Part shown: in pieces, positions 1-8,782 of the stretch | Layout: each line of letters starts with the position of its first letter | Position numbering within the stretch: position 1 is the stretch's first letter | Assembly: GCA_030640695.1 (NCBI GenBank) | Contig: DAOWIX010000143.1 | Coordinates: 1 to 34,172, forward strand | DNA length: 34,172 nt | DNA from: Deltaproteobacteria bacterium | Lineage (GTDB): Bacteria > Desulfobacterota > Anaeroferrophillalia > Anaeroferrophillales > Tharpellaceae | Direction of reading: 5' to 3' | Position numbers and translations under genes: made by a program | The notes under the pieces: generated by a model | Seen by the model: the letters and a program-made list of their open reading frames with translations, nothing else | The model's database searches: none | What the model was told of the DNA's origin: nothing

Positions 1-418
1 CTGTCGTCGAAATATCGAGATAACCACAAACTTCTTTAAGCTTTTTTTCATCTTTAATCCGGAAACCATCGACTTTGCCTTGGGCAACTTCCTTGAAGCA
101 GTCGAGCATTCCCATGCCGTGATCGGTATGGGCGGCAGCGCCGGAGACGACCATGCGGTCAAAGTTACGAGCGGAGATAGTATCGATCGTCGCGCCACAT
201 ACACCGACTTTGGCATAAGGATCTTTGGGGCTCAGGCGACAAGGGCCCATTGAGCAGTTCTTACAACATGCGGAAACCGCACCGATAGGACAAGCCGCCA
301 TATCATTGGCCCGATGAAAGGAGATCTGCACGCCATCTTTCTGGGCTTTCTCCAACATCTGGATGGTGCTGGGACAGATTGAAGCTTCCTGAATATTTAA
401 CTCTTTCGATTTTGCCAT
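1..418 (-). CDS. cooS: Ni-dependent anaerobic carbon-monoxide dehydrogenase catalytic subunit (CooS family). Only the N-terminal ~139 codons are present; the gene runs off the window start.
   Basis: This ORF is absent from the ORF track because it is truncated by the window edge. My own reverse-strand translation from the ATG at 418-416 reads MAKSKELNIQEASICPSTIQMLEKAQKDGVQISFHRANDMAACPIGAVSACCKNCSMGPCRLSPKDPYAKVGVCGATIDTISARNFDRMVVSGAAAHTDHG... The Cys spacing C-x7-CC-x2-C-x4-C-x13-C matches the D- and B-cluster ligand pattern of CooS-type CODH. An AGGAGG (rc of 429-434) lies about 10 nt upstream. Confidence 0.8.
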   Translation of the reverse strand, partial: MAKSKELNIQEASICPSTIQMLEKAQKDGVQISFHRANDMAACPIGAVSACCKNCSMGPCRLSPKDPYAKVGVCGATIDTISARNFDRMVVSGAAAHTDHGMGMLDCFKEVAQGKVDGFRIKDEKKLKEVCGYLDISTT

Positions 419-492
419 TGCTTTACTACCTCCTTGATAGTGTTATTAGTGGCATTATAAAAGATCGTTCGACGTTTACCGCCTAAACGAAA

Positions 493-517
493 CTGAATAC
501 TCGCGGCCAGTATTCAG
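493..517. promoter_or_regulatory. Perfect 9-bp inverted repeat CTGAATACT-N7-AGTATTCAG in the cooS / HD-GYP divergent intergenic region; possible operator or hairpin
   Basis: Read directly from the sequence. It lies about 75-100 bp upstream of the cooS start codon. No binding factor can be assigned. Confidence 0.25.
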
Positions 518-663
518 CAAATTACATGCCATAATTGTTGCCGTCAACTGAGAGTATCAAAAAAAACAGTGCTCACGATCCATATAGCTTTGTGCTGTAT
601 CATAGAAACACTTTTCGAGGTACCGGCTCTCTACTAACATCATGAAGCAGCCAGAACCGCGAA

Positions 664-699
664 AATAATTCGCACTCCGCAAAAATTTCGCGAATTATT
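664..699. promoter_or_regulatory. Perfect 10-bp inverted repeat AATAATTCGC-N16-GCGAATTATT upstream of the HD-GYP gene
   Basis: Read directly from the sequence, 84-119 bp upstream of the GTG start at 783. Function unknown. Confidence 0.25.
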
Positions 700-782
700 A
701 TCCATTTGACTAATTTTTAAAAGTTCACTACTGTTTCACCCGTCATGACGCTTTAAGGTTAGCCTTTGCAAGGACGAACAAA

Positions 783-1745
783 GTGACGTTGCTACAGATC
801 GATTCAACTTACCAGCAGGTTCCCCTCACCACCCTGGCGCCCGATCGTCATGTCGGTATCAAACTCTTTCTCCGCACCGGCGAAGATCGCTACGTTCTCT
901 TTCTCAACGAAACCAGCCTGCTCTCAACCACCAAGATTAAACAACTTAAACGGAACAATGTCAGCCACCTCTACCTCAACACCGGGGATCGACAAGGCTA
1001 CCTGAGCTATATCAAGGATAATCTTTCGACCATCCTGACCAATCCGGATCTAACGGAGAACGATAAGGCTTCGATCATCTACGAAACCGCCAGCGACATC
1101 ACCGAAGAACTCTTTTTACAACCCAGCGCCGAAAGCATCGAACAGACGCGAAACCTGGTCGACTGCATGATCGACACCATCAGCCAGTCACCCAAAACCA
1201 GCAACCTGCTGATGATGCTTACCAGCCAGGATTACTATACCTATACCCACTCCATCAATGTCGGCATCTATGCCGTATCAATGATGCGTAAGGCCATGCC
1301 GACAATAAGTGATGCCGAACTCAAAACCTTAGGCCTGGGTTTTTTTCTGCACGATCTCGGCAAAGCCAAGATCCCCAACTCCATTATCAACAAACAAGGA
1401 CCTCTCGATCAAGGCGAATGGGAACTCATACAAGAACACCCCACCCTGGGGATGGAGCTGGCCTGGGATATGGGAACCAGAAACCCAGCCATCATCGATA
1501 TCATCCTAACTCATCACGAACGCTGTAGTGGCTCGGGTTACCCAAAAAAACTCGTTCGGGAAAAGATCTCACTGCCCGGAAAGATCTGCGCATTCTGTGA
1601 TGTCTTCGACGCCCTGACGACAAAGCGCTCTTACAAAAAAGCTCTTTCATCTTTTGAAGCCTTAAAAATCATCAAGAATGAAACCCCGGAGCACTTTGAA
1701 GCTGACCTACTCAACCCCTTTATAATGCTGTTCAGCCAACAATAG
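783..1745 (+). CDS. HD-GYP domain protein (putative c-di-GMP phosphodiesterase)
   Basis: 320-aa ORF with the HD motif FFLHDLGK and the HD-GYP signature HHERCSGSGYPKK. The start is a GTG; the N-terminal domain is uncharacterised. Confidence 0.8.
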   Translation: MTLLQIDSTYQQVPLTTLAPDRHVGIKLFLRTGEDRYVLFLNETSLLSTTKIKQLKRNNVSHLYLNTGDRQGYLSYIKDNLSTILTNPDLTENDKASIIYETASDITEELFLQPSAESIEQTRNLVDCMIDTISQSPKTSNLLMMLTSQDYYTYTHSINVGIYAVSMMRKAMPTISDAELKTLGLGFFLHDLGKAKIPNSIINKQGPLDQGEWELIQEHPTLGMELAWDMGTRNPAIIDIILTHHERCSGSGYPKKLVREKISLPGKICAFCDVFDALTTKRSYKKALSSFEALKIIKNETPEHFEADLLNPFIMLFSQQ

Positions 1746-1767
1746 GTTTTGACACAGTATCAAAACC
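1745..1767. terminator. 8-bp stem hairpin (GGTTTTGA / TCAAAACC, 7-nt loop) filling the 14-bp gap between the convergent HD-GYP and dtd genes and overlapping both stop codons
   Basis: Read directly from the sequence. The stem is short, so terminator function is an inference. Confidence 0.35.
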
Positions 1768-2209
1768 CTCGCTTACTATCCAGCAAGATTGTCACAGGCC
1801 CGTCATTAACGAGTTCGACCTCCATCATCTCTCGAAAACGGCCGCCACTGACAGCCACCCCCTGATCTCTGACTCCCAGCATCACCTCTTCGTAGAGTTG
1901 CCGACCAAGCTCCGGCGACGCAGCGGCTGTAAAAGATGGACGACTCCCTTTACGAACATCACCATAGAGTGTAAACTGAGGAACCACCAGAACCGCCCCA
2001 CCGACCCCCGACAAAGGTAGGCGCATACGCCCCTCTTGATCGTAAAAAATCCTTAACCCACTTATTTTTCGCACCATATAATCAACATCATCTTTAGCAT
2101 CGTCGGCCCCGACTCCGAGCAGAACCAGGAAACCTTTCTCAATCGCTGAGATCTCTTGACCATCAACCCTGACACTTGCTTTATTCACCCGCTGCACAAC
2201 CGCCCGCAT
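1760..2209 (-). CDS. dtd: D-aminoacyl-tRNA deacylase
   Basis: 149 aa. It has the MRAVVQRV N-terminus and a C-terminal ...MMEVELVNDGPVTILLDS, both typical of Dtd. Confidence 0.9.
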   Translation of the reverse strand: MRAVVQRVNKASVRVDGQEISAIEKGFLVLLGVGADDAKDDVDYMVRKISGLRIFYDQEGRMRLPLSGVGGAVLVVPQFTLYGDVRKGSRPSFTAAASPELGRQLYEEVMLGVRDQGVAVSGGRFREMMEVELVNDGPVTILLDSKRGF

Positions 2210-2331
2210 AGATCCTCCTTCTCTTCACAAAGTCACTTTTAAGAAGTAAGCGTCGAACAACAGTTGCTTACTTCCAGACGCCATCACTCTTGACTTGAAA
2301 CAATTTTTCCACTATCAGAAAGAGCCGTCAT

Positions 2332-2703
2332 TTGAATATGTCGGCAACTTTTTCTCAATTCAATCCGAAACCCCAAAAGCTCCACACTCAAACTATGAAC
2401 AATCCCAGCAACGAAGGCTCAACCCCGCCGATCATGACCGAGACCATGGCCAAGCTACTTCTCGGCCAGAGACATTGGCGGGAAGCCATCGACATATATA
2501 AGGAACTTAGTCGCCAGAACCCAGCTAAAGCTGAAGCCTACCAGAAAGAAATCTCCCAGATCAAGGAGTATTTCAGACCTCAGGCTAACCCGGAGACAGC
2601 CAAAAAAACTTTTCGTACCCGACAACAGATTTCTCGCCTCAAAAACCTCCTTAAGGTCGTAAAGAGACAACAACCGGAAAATTACAAGCAGGGGAGTTCA
2701 TGA
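2332..2703 (+). CDS. Hypothetical small protein with one TPR-like helix pair; translationally coupled to aroQ
   Basis: 123-aa ORF with a TTG start at 2332 and an alternative ATG at 2338. Its stop overlaps the aroQ ATG (ATGA at 2700-2703). The segment AKLLLGQRHWREAIDIYKELSRQNPAKAEAY looks TPR-like. I recognise no family. Confidence 0.5.
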   Translation: MNMSATFSQFNPKPQKLHTQTMNNPSNEGSTPPIMTETMAKLLLGQRHWREAIDIYKELSRQNPAKAEAYQKEISQIKEYFRPQANPETAKKTFRTRQQISRLKNLLKVVKRQQPENYKQGSS

Positions 2704-3131
2704 AAATTCTGACTATCCACGGCCCCAACCTCAACCTCCTGGGCCAACGCGAACCGGAAATCTACGGCTCAAAAAGCCTGGATATGATAAACCTTGAGAT
2801 CAACCGGCGGGGAGAAGCTCTTGAACTGATAACGACCTGCCACCAGAGCAACCATGAAGGTGAGATCATCGACTGGCTCCACAATGCCGAGAGCGAGGGA
2901 TTCTCCGGCATCATCATTAATCCTGCGGCCTTCACCCATACCAGCTTAGCGATTCGCGATGCCATTGTCGCCATCGAGGTTCCAGTTATTGAAGTTCATC
3001 TGAGCAATATCAGCGCCCGAGACGAGTTTCGCCAAAAGTCCCTGACCGCAGCCGTCTGCCGGGGCAGCATCTGCGGCTTTGGCCCCGCCTCTTACCTGGC
3101 CGCTCTGGAAACGTTTAAAATATTATTATAA
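2700..3131 (+). CDS. aroQ: 3-dehydroquinate dehydratase, type II
   Basis: 143 aa. HGPNLNLLGQREPEIYG and INPAAFTHTS...EVHLSNI are canonical AroQ motifs. Confidence 0.93.
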   Translation: MKILTIHGPNLNLLGQREPEIYGSKSLDMINLEINRRGEALELITTCHQSNHEGEIIDWLHNAESEGFSGIIINPAAFTHTSLAIRDAIVAIEVPVIEVHLSNISARDEFRQKSLTAAVCRGSICGFGPASYLAALETFKILL

Positions 3132-4219
3132 TGAATATACACAAACAGAGAATAGAGAAACTTCGCAATCTGCTTGATGAAGCAAAATGCGATGCTTTCC
3201 TGATTAATCACCCGGCCAATCTCTGTTACTACACTGGCTACAGCGGTGATAGCGCCTATTTTCTGATAACTGCGAGTCTTGACCTTTTTTTTACCGACGG
3301 CCGCTACACAACCCAGGCCGCCGCCGAGATTCCAGATTCAGTTGAGCTTATCCGAATCACCTCTTTTAATGATCTTTGCCTACACATCAATGAGAATCCT
3401 GGAATCAAAAGGGTGGGGATTGATGAAGGCAAATTAAGCGCTGAAACCTGGCTTAAACTACGCCAGAACTTAAACGGTGAAGAACCGGTCGCTGCCGCCT
3501 CGACCCTCTCAAGGCCACGAAGATATAAAGATCAAATGGAGATTGAACTTCTCCGTAAAGCTGTTGCCATTGCCGAAGGTGCCCTGCAGAAAAGCCTTCC
3601 CCTACTGCGCCCCGGCGCCAGTGAACGCGATCTGGCTGCCGAAATTGAGTACCAGATACGCCGGGCCGGTGGCGAAAAAGCCGCCTTTCCCCTGATCGTT
3701 GCCAGCGGGCCGCGCTCCGCCATGCCCCACGGTGTCGCCTCAGGACGCTTCATCAATCCCGGTGATATCGTCACCATAGATTTCGGGGCTTGCTACCAAG
3801 GCTACCACAGTGACCAGACTTGCACCTTCTTTCTCGAAGAACCTGACCAGGAAGTTCAGCAGGTCTACAAGACTCTTTACAAAGCGCAAGGCCGAGGCCT
3901 TGCGGCCTTAAAATATGGCGTCACGGCCCAGGAGCTTGACCACGAAGTCAGAGAGGTGCTGATTGAAGCCAAACTCGACCAATGGTTCAGTCATGGAACT
4001 GGACACGGCATTGGCTTGGAGATTCATGAAGCACCCTCGATATCACAACAATCACCGGACGGACACCTGGAACCGGGCATGGTTTTCACAATTGAACCGG
4101 GATGTTATTTCCCCAATCGCTGGGGCATCAGGATTGAAGACATGATCTATCTCAGCGATCAGGGAGCTGAAAAGTTAACGACTATCGATAAAAGTCTGGA
4201 AAAGATGATTATCGCTTAA
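3131..4219 (+). CDS. M24B family Xaa-Pro aminopeptidase/dipeptidase
   Basis: 362 aa with the metal-ligand context DFGACYQGYHSDQTCTF ... HGTGHGIGLEIHE ... FTIEPG. The aroQ-peptidase-efp order is a widely conserved arrangement. Confidence 0.85.
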   Translation: MNIHKQRIEKLRNLLDEAKCDAFLINHPANLCYYTGYSGDSAYFLITASLDLFFTDGRYTTQAAAEIPDSVELIRITSFNDLCLHINENPGIKRVGIDEGKLSAETWLKLRQNLNGEEPVAAASTLSRPRRYKDQMEIELLRKAVAIAEGALQKSLPLLRPGASERDLAAEIEYQIRRAGGEKAAFPLIVASGPRSAMPHGVASGRFINPGDIVTIDFGACYQGYHSDQTCTFFLEEPDQEVQQVYKTLYKAQGRGLAALKYGVTAQELDHEVREVLIEAKLDQWFSHGTGHGIGLEIHEAPSISQQSPDGHLEPGMVFTIEPGCYFPNRWGIRIEDMIYLSDQGAEKLTTIDKSLEKMIIA

Positions 4220-4276
4220 TCGGTGGCGACAACTCTCCACCGACAAAAACTCTACATTTAAATCAAGGAAAAGACT

Positions 4277-4837
4277 ATGTATTCAACCCCCGATTTTCGC
4301 CGTGGATTACGGATAGAAATCAACGACGAACCCTTCATTATTGTTAGCTTTCAACATGTAAAACCGGGCAAGGGTGGTGCCTTTGTCCGCACCAAACTTA
4401 AAAATCTACTAAATGGCAATGTCGTCGACCGTACCTTCCGCTCTGGAGAGAAAGTCGGCAAACCGGATATCGAAGAGAAAGAGATGCAATTCCTCTATAC
4501 CGACGGCGATTTCCACTTCATGGACAACGACACCTATGAGCAAACTGCCTTAGCCGCCAACCTTGTCGGCAACGCCAAAGACTTTCTCCAGGAGAACAGC
4601 ATTGTCACGGTTCTCTTTTACAAAGGTCGGGTTGTCAACCTGGAACTGCCAACTTTTGTCACCCTCGAAGTGACCGAAGCCGAGCCCGGACTCAAAGGCG
4701 ATACCGCCAGTAGCGTAACCAAACCGGTCACTGTCGAAACCGGAGCCCGAATCAACGTTCCGCTCTTTATCAACCCCGGTGACCGCCTGAAGATCGACAC
4801 TCGTACCGGTGAATATATGGAACGGGTCAAGGCGTAA
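4277..4837 (+). CDS. efp: Elongation factor P
   Basis: 186 aa, with the KPGKGGAFVRTKLKN loop and overall EF-P architecture. Confidence 0.95.
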   Translation: MYSTPDFRRGLRIEINDEPFIIVSFQHVKPGKGGAFVRTKLKNLLNGNVVDRTFRSGEKVGKPDIEEKEMQFLYTDGDFHFMDNDTYEQTALAANLVGNAKDFLQENSIVTVLFYKGRVVNLELPTFVTLEVTEAEPGLKGDTASSVTKPVTVETGARINVPLFINPGDRLKIDTRTGEYMERVKA

Positions 4838-4911
4838 AAAAGCAGGCCAGCCTTTTAGGGTGCAAAGTGGTCAAAATATTTTTAGTTTCGGCGATACCGG
4901 ATTAGAGAAAT

Positions 4912-5592
4912 ATGCAAAAGTCTAACAATAACTTTATCATCACCATAGACGGCCCCTCGGGGGCCGGCAAGAGTACGGTCAGCAAGAAGATTGCAGCTCG
5001 TCTTAACTTGAGCTACATCGATACTGGAGCTATGTACCGTTGTGTTGCCTGGGCAGCTCAAAAAGCGGGACTCGATGTAACCTCTGAAAGCGCCTTGCCG
5101 GCGCTTTTGCAAAACATCAAGATCCGTTTCCTGGCGGCCGCTGAAAAAAATCTGGTCTTTTGCAATGAAGAAGAGGTTACCGACTTAATCCGCAGCCCCG
5201 AGATTGACCGTCTTGCGTCAGCCGTCTCCAGTCTCTCATGTGTCAGAGATGCCCTGCTCCCCCTGCAAAGAGCCGCGGCTCAAAACAACCCCGCCATTAT
5301 TGATGGGCGTGATGCTGGAACCGTTATCTTTCCCGATGCAGAGCTTAAAATTTACCTTGATGCCGACCTCAACACACGGGCAAAACGCCGCCTTGAAGAC
5401 CAGAAACAAAATTCCGACGTTGATCTGAAGAGTGTTACCGCAGCCATCGCCAGCCGCGACCAGGCCGACAGTTCCCGGGCGCAAGCTCCTTTACTCAAGG
5501 CCGAAGATGCCATCCTTATTGACTCCACCAACCATGATATTGAAAGTGTCTGCCAACGTATTATTGATCTCTATGAGAGCTTAAAAAAGTGA
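4912..5592 (+). CDS. cmk: Cytidylate kinase
   Basis: 226 aa, with the P-loop ITIDGPSGAGKST and the DTGAMYR motif. Confidence 0.92.
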   Translation: MQKSNNNFIITIDGPSGAGKSTVSKKIAARLNLSYIDTGAMYRCVAWAAQKAGLDVTSESALPALLQNIKIRFLAAAEKNLVFCNEEEVTDLIRSPEIDRLASAVSSLSCVRDALLPLQRAAAQNNPAIIDGRDAGTVIFPDAELKIYLDADLNTRAKRRLEDQKQNSDVDLKSVTAAIASRDQADSSRAQAPLLKAEDAILIDSTNHDIESVCQRIIDLYESLKK

Positions 5593-6458
5593 AGCCAAAA
5601 ATTGAGATCAGAGTCGCCAAAACCGCCGGGTTCTGTTTCGGCGTCTAACGAGCCGTTAATCTAGCAAATGAGGCTCCTAAAAAGTATCCCAAACAGCAGA
5701 TCCGCACCTTAGGGCCGATCATCCACAATCCCCAGGTGGTTAATCAATTGGCTGAATTGGGGGTTAAACAGGCTGGCCGGATAGAAGAACTGGATCAAGA
5801 AGTCGTTATCATCAGGTCACATGGGATCACCAGACAACTCGCCCAAGATCTGGAACAACGCCCGGCTTTAACCGTGATCGATGCTACTTGCCCGTTTGTC
5901 CGGCGAGCTCAAGAGATTGTCGCCAAGATGAGTGAAGCCGGCTATCAGGTCATCATTATCGGGGAACCCGACCATCCCGAGGTTGCCGGTCTCATCAGCT
6001 TCGGAGATCCGCAACACACCCTGGTCATTTCTGATCCGACCGACATTCCTGCCTCGTTCTTCACAAAACGCAACCCTTCCCGCATCGCTCTTCTCGCGCA
6101 AACCACCCAGTCCCAAAAACTCTACAACGAGATTGTCCTATCCCTATCGTCCATTAAAGGTGAACTGCGCTGTTTTAACACCATCTGCACCGCCACCAGT
6201 GACCGCCAGAGTGAAGCCCTTGAGCTGGCGCAGAGCTGTGATTGCATGCTCATTATCGGAGGCCGCAACAGCGCCAACACCAACCGTCTCCATGAACTCT
6301 GCCAAGATAAACAAAAGGCCTCTTACCACATTGAAACAGCCGAAGATTTGCAGGCTGAATGGCTTATAAACAAACAGACTATCGGCATCAGTGCCGGTGC
6401 CTCAACCCCGAAATGGTTGATCGATGAAGTCTTAAATAATCTGCAGAATTTTTTCTGA
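5589..6458 (+). pseudogene. ispH: 4-hydroxy-3-methylbut-2-enyl diphosphate reductase (IspH/LytB) interrupted by an in-frame TAA at 5646-5648 (codon 20)
   Basis: A GTG at 5589 overlaps the cmk stop (GTGA). It translates as VKPKIEIRVAKTAGFCFGV*RAVNLANEAPKKYPKQQIRTLGPIIHNPQVV... and continues in the same frame into track ORF 5736..6458. That ORF carries DATCPFV, NTICTAT and GASTP. The stop sits inside the conserved GFCxGVxRA motif. Confidence 0.8.
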
Positions 6459-6465
6459 AACAACA

Positions 6466-6496
6466 ATGGCGGATCCGGTATTACCGAATCCGCCAT
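6466..6496. terminator. Hairpin ATGGCGGATCCGG-TATTA-CCGAATCCGCCAT between convergent ispH and the 6535..6975 ORF
   Basis: 13-bp stem with one mismatch, read from the sequence. There is no strong T-tract, so terminator function is inferred. Confidence 0.45.
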
Positions 6497-6534
6497 CATC
6501 AAGGAGGGAGGGGGGAAATAAGTTGTAAAACAGG

Positions 6535-6975
6535 TTAAGCGGCTTGGGCTTTTCGCCATCCGGCTTCAGTAAAAGCCGTCATCCGATCGATACTCCAACT
6601 CTTCATGGTCTCGAAATATTTTTTCTTATCGACCTTGGCCAGCGCTATAATCTCCTGACGCTCACGAATACTCTCCTCCATATCGGTTGGAGACATTCCC
6701 TGCCAGGTTGAGTAGCGACTATCAAAGAGATATGCAGGCGTAACCACCTCTTTTTCAATACTATGCTTGCCGAGAAGATAGACGGCAAGCTCCATATCGT
6801 ACTCAATCAACCAACCATTATCTTCAAGCATTGTAGTAGCATCAAACTCCGGCTTTTCCGAACATTCTGGACAATATACTTTATCGATCACCGTAGCCGG
6901 CAAAACATTGTCAAGATTACTGAATTGAGCACTCTGATGACCACCAACACAATTATGTTTAATCTCTATACACAT
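6535..6975 (-). CDS. Hypothetical protein with four N-terminal Cys residues (C-x6-C ... C-x2-C), possibly a zinc ribbon
   Basis: 146-aa ORF. A GGAG (rc of CTCC, within AGGAGA) lies upstream of the ATG at 6975. I recognise no family. Confidence 0.55.
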   Translation of the reverse strand: MCIEIKHNCVGGHQSAQFSNLDNVLPATVIDKVYCPECSEKPEFDATTMLEDNGWLIEYDMELAVYLLGKHSIEKEVVTPAYLFDSRYSTWQGMSPTDMEESIRERQEIIALAKVDKKKYFETMKSWSIDRMTAFTEAGWRKAQAA

Positions 6976-7131
6976 GATAAATCTCCTCTAATAATATAAA
7001 ACTCACTAAAACAGTTAAAAACAACTAACTTAATCTCTTTTATCCTATTTAATCCAAGAAACCGGCTTTGTCAAGAAAAAACTTCACATTAACTATGCCC
7101 AACCCGGCATTGCCGGAACCAATCCTAAAAT

Positions 7132-7295
7132 TCGTAAAAAGTCGCGAGATGGCTAAGTAAAAGTTTCGATAGACAAGATGCACCCCAAGGGCACTTCCTT
7201 CGGGCGTTGTCGCTTTTCCAGGCGCGAGACTATACATATAGTATGTCGAGTGTCTGGAAAAGCTCAACACCGCAGGATATCGGAACTTTTTACGA
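7132..7295 (+). repeat. Structured intergenic repeat, copy A. The conserved core is at 7178..7209. It is flanked by an 11-bp inverted repeat (7132-7142 / 7285-7295) and contains a 10-bp-stem hairpin (7212-7221 / 7254-7263).
   Basis: The core ATGCACCCCAAGGGCACTTCCTTCGGGCGTTG matches 22011..22044 at 30 of 32 aligned positions plus a 2-nt indel, on the same strand. The inverted repeats were read directly from the sequence. Confidence 0.6.
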
Positions 7296-7306
7296 CGCCA
7301 TCATAC

Positions 7307-8128
7307 TTAAACGTTAGTGCGAAGAGTATTAATCGCATCTCTTAACTCTAACGCCGCCTGCCGGGCCGCCTCGGCAAAGTCTTCCCCTGAGCTCGCATAA
7401 ATAATCCCCCGGGATGAGTTGATCACCAAGCCAGCCCCGCGACAATCGAGACCAGCCTGCAAAACTGCAGCCAGATCACCACCCTGAGCCCCGACTCCAG
7501 GCACCAGCAGGGGGATATCTCCAACAACCTCCCGCACCCGGGCAAGTTCGTTAGGCCAGGTTGCACCAACGACCAGCAGAATATTGCGATTTCTATTCCA
7601 GGATGTGGCCGCCAACCGGGCAAGTTTAAGGTACAAAGCCTCACCATCGACCTCAAGACTCTGAAGATCGCCACCCCCGGGATTTGAGGTACGACAGAGA
7701 ATGACCACTCCCTTTTCATTGTATTTAAGAAAAGGCTCAAGCGAATCACCGCCAAGATAGGGATTGACAGTTACGGCATCGGCCTGATAACGTTCAAATG
7801 CTTCGATTGCATATTTTTCCGCAGTGCTGCCGATATCGCCCCGTTTAGCATCCAGAATCACTGGAATATCAGGATATTTTTCATTAATATAGCCGATCGT
7901 CGCCAAAAGTTCCGCCTCAGCCCCGCAGGCCGCATAGTGAGCAATCTGGGGCTTATAAGCACAGACAAGGTCGGCGGTTGCATTAATCAAAGCTCGGTTA
8001 AAAGCCAAATAAGGCTGCGGCTCTAGACGACATGCTTCCGGCAGACGTTCCAAGGACGGATCAAGACCGACACAGAGCAGCGAATTGTTTTTTTCCTGGG
8101 CTCGTTCCAGCTTTTCAATAAAATTCAT
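7307..8128 (-). CDS. pyrF: Orotidine 5'-phosphate decarboxylase, type 2 (long form)
   Basis: 273 aa, with the DAKRGDIGST motif and the overall PyrF type-2 length. Confidence 0.9.
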   Translation of the reverse strand: MNFIEKLERAQEKNNSLLCVGLDPSLERLPEACRLEPQPYLAFNRALINATADLVCAYKPQIAHYAACGAEAELLATIGYINEKYPDIPVILDAKRGDIGSTAEKYAIEAFERYQADAVTVNPYLGGDSLEPFLKYNEKGVVILCRTSNPGGGDLQSLEVDGEALYLKLARLAATSWNRNRNILLVVGATWPNELARVREVVGDIPLLVPGVGAQGGDLAAVLQAGLDCRGAGLVINSSRGIIYASSGEDFAEAARQAALELRDAINTLRTNV

Positions 8129-8245
8129 ATTATTATCTCCTTGACAGACAACTATTTATCTCTCTATTTGAGGTAACGAACATACTCGTACCAAACCGCG
8201 ATAACAAGTAAAAAAGTTAGTGACTATTTATAGGAGGTAATAACT

Positions 8246-8782
8246 GTGGCAACCTTGAATTCACGCAGACTTACCATTCCTGATTTTCTCCCGAAAATCA
8301 TTCTCCTCTCCCTGATCATGCTTACGTTCTGCGGCTGTGGCGGCCACGGCAAAGCGATCCAGATGGAGACCACGGCCTATTGCGGCTGCAGTCAGTGCTG
8401 CGGCTGGGAGAGGGGCAATTGGAAATTTCTTAAGCTTGACTTCTGGAACCGCCAGACCACAACCGGCAAAAATCGAGGTCGGGAATATAGTGGGCTGACT
8501 GCCAGCGGCACCGTGCCGAGAGAACCCAACCCAGGACTTTTGCGCCAACCTTGGTGCCTATTCTTCCCCTGGCTCTGGGCCTCTCGAGACGGAACTTTGG
8601 CGGCGGATACCCGCTACCACCCTTTCGGTACCCGTTTCTATATTCCCGGATACGGCTATGGTGTAGTTGAAGATCGCGGCTCAGCGATCACGGGTGAAAA
8701 AAGACTCGATCTCTTTTACGACTCTCACTCCAGAGCCTTGGAGTGGGGCAGAAAAAAAATCGACATTTACAAGGTTGACTAA
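8246..8782 (+). CDS. 3D-domain (MltA-like) protein, probable lipoprotein
   Basis: 178 aa with a GTG start and a hydrophobic N-terminus ending in ...LTFCGCGG. The C-terminal LAADTRYHPFGTRFYIPGYGYGVVEDRGSAITGEKRLDLF is typical of the 3D domain. Confidence 0.75.
   Translation: MATLNSRRLTIPDFLPKIILLSLIMLTFCGCGGHGKAIQMETTAYCGCSQCCGWERGNWKFLKLDFWNRQTTTGKNRGREYSGLTASGTVPREPNPGLLRQPWCLFFPWLWASRDGTLAADTRYHPFGTRFYIPGYGYGVVEDRGSAITGEKRLDLFYDSHSRALEWGRKKIDIYKVD

Noticed and set aside
5932-6369. 145-aa ORF in an alternative frame inside ispH, and many similar 60-154-aa ORFs overlapping or antisense to recognised genes (for example 23073..23537, 14530..14898, 19691..20056, 7423..7755, 9551..9892, 16076..16387)
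   Set aside because: These are shadow ORFs inside well-supported genes. They have biased Arg/Ser/Pro-rich or low-complexity composition, no RBS and no recognisable motifs.
7049-7270. Track ORF of 73 aa (minus strand) covering repeat copy A, and the analogous 60-aa ORF 21894..22076 covering copy B
   Set aside because: The shared nucleotide core falls in different reading frames in the two ORFs because of a 2-nt indel. The peptides are unrelated, there is no RBS, and both span hairpins or inverted repeats. I treat them as non-coding.
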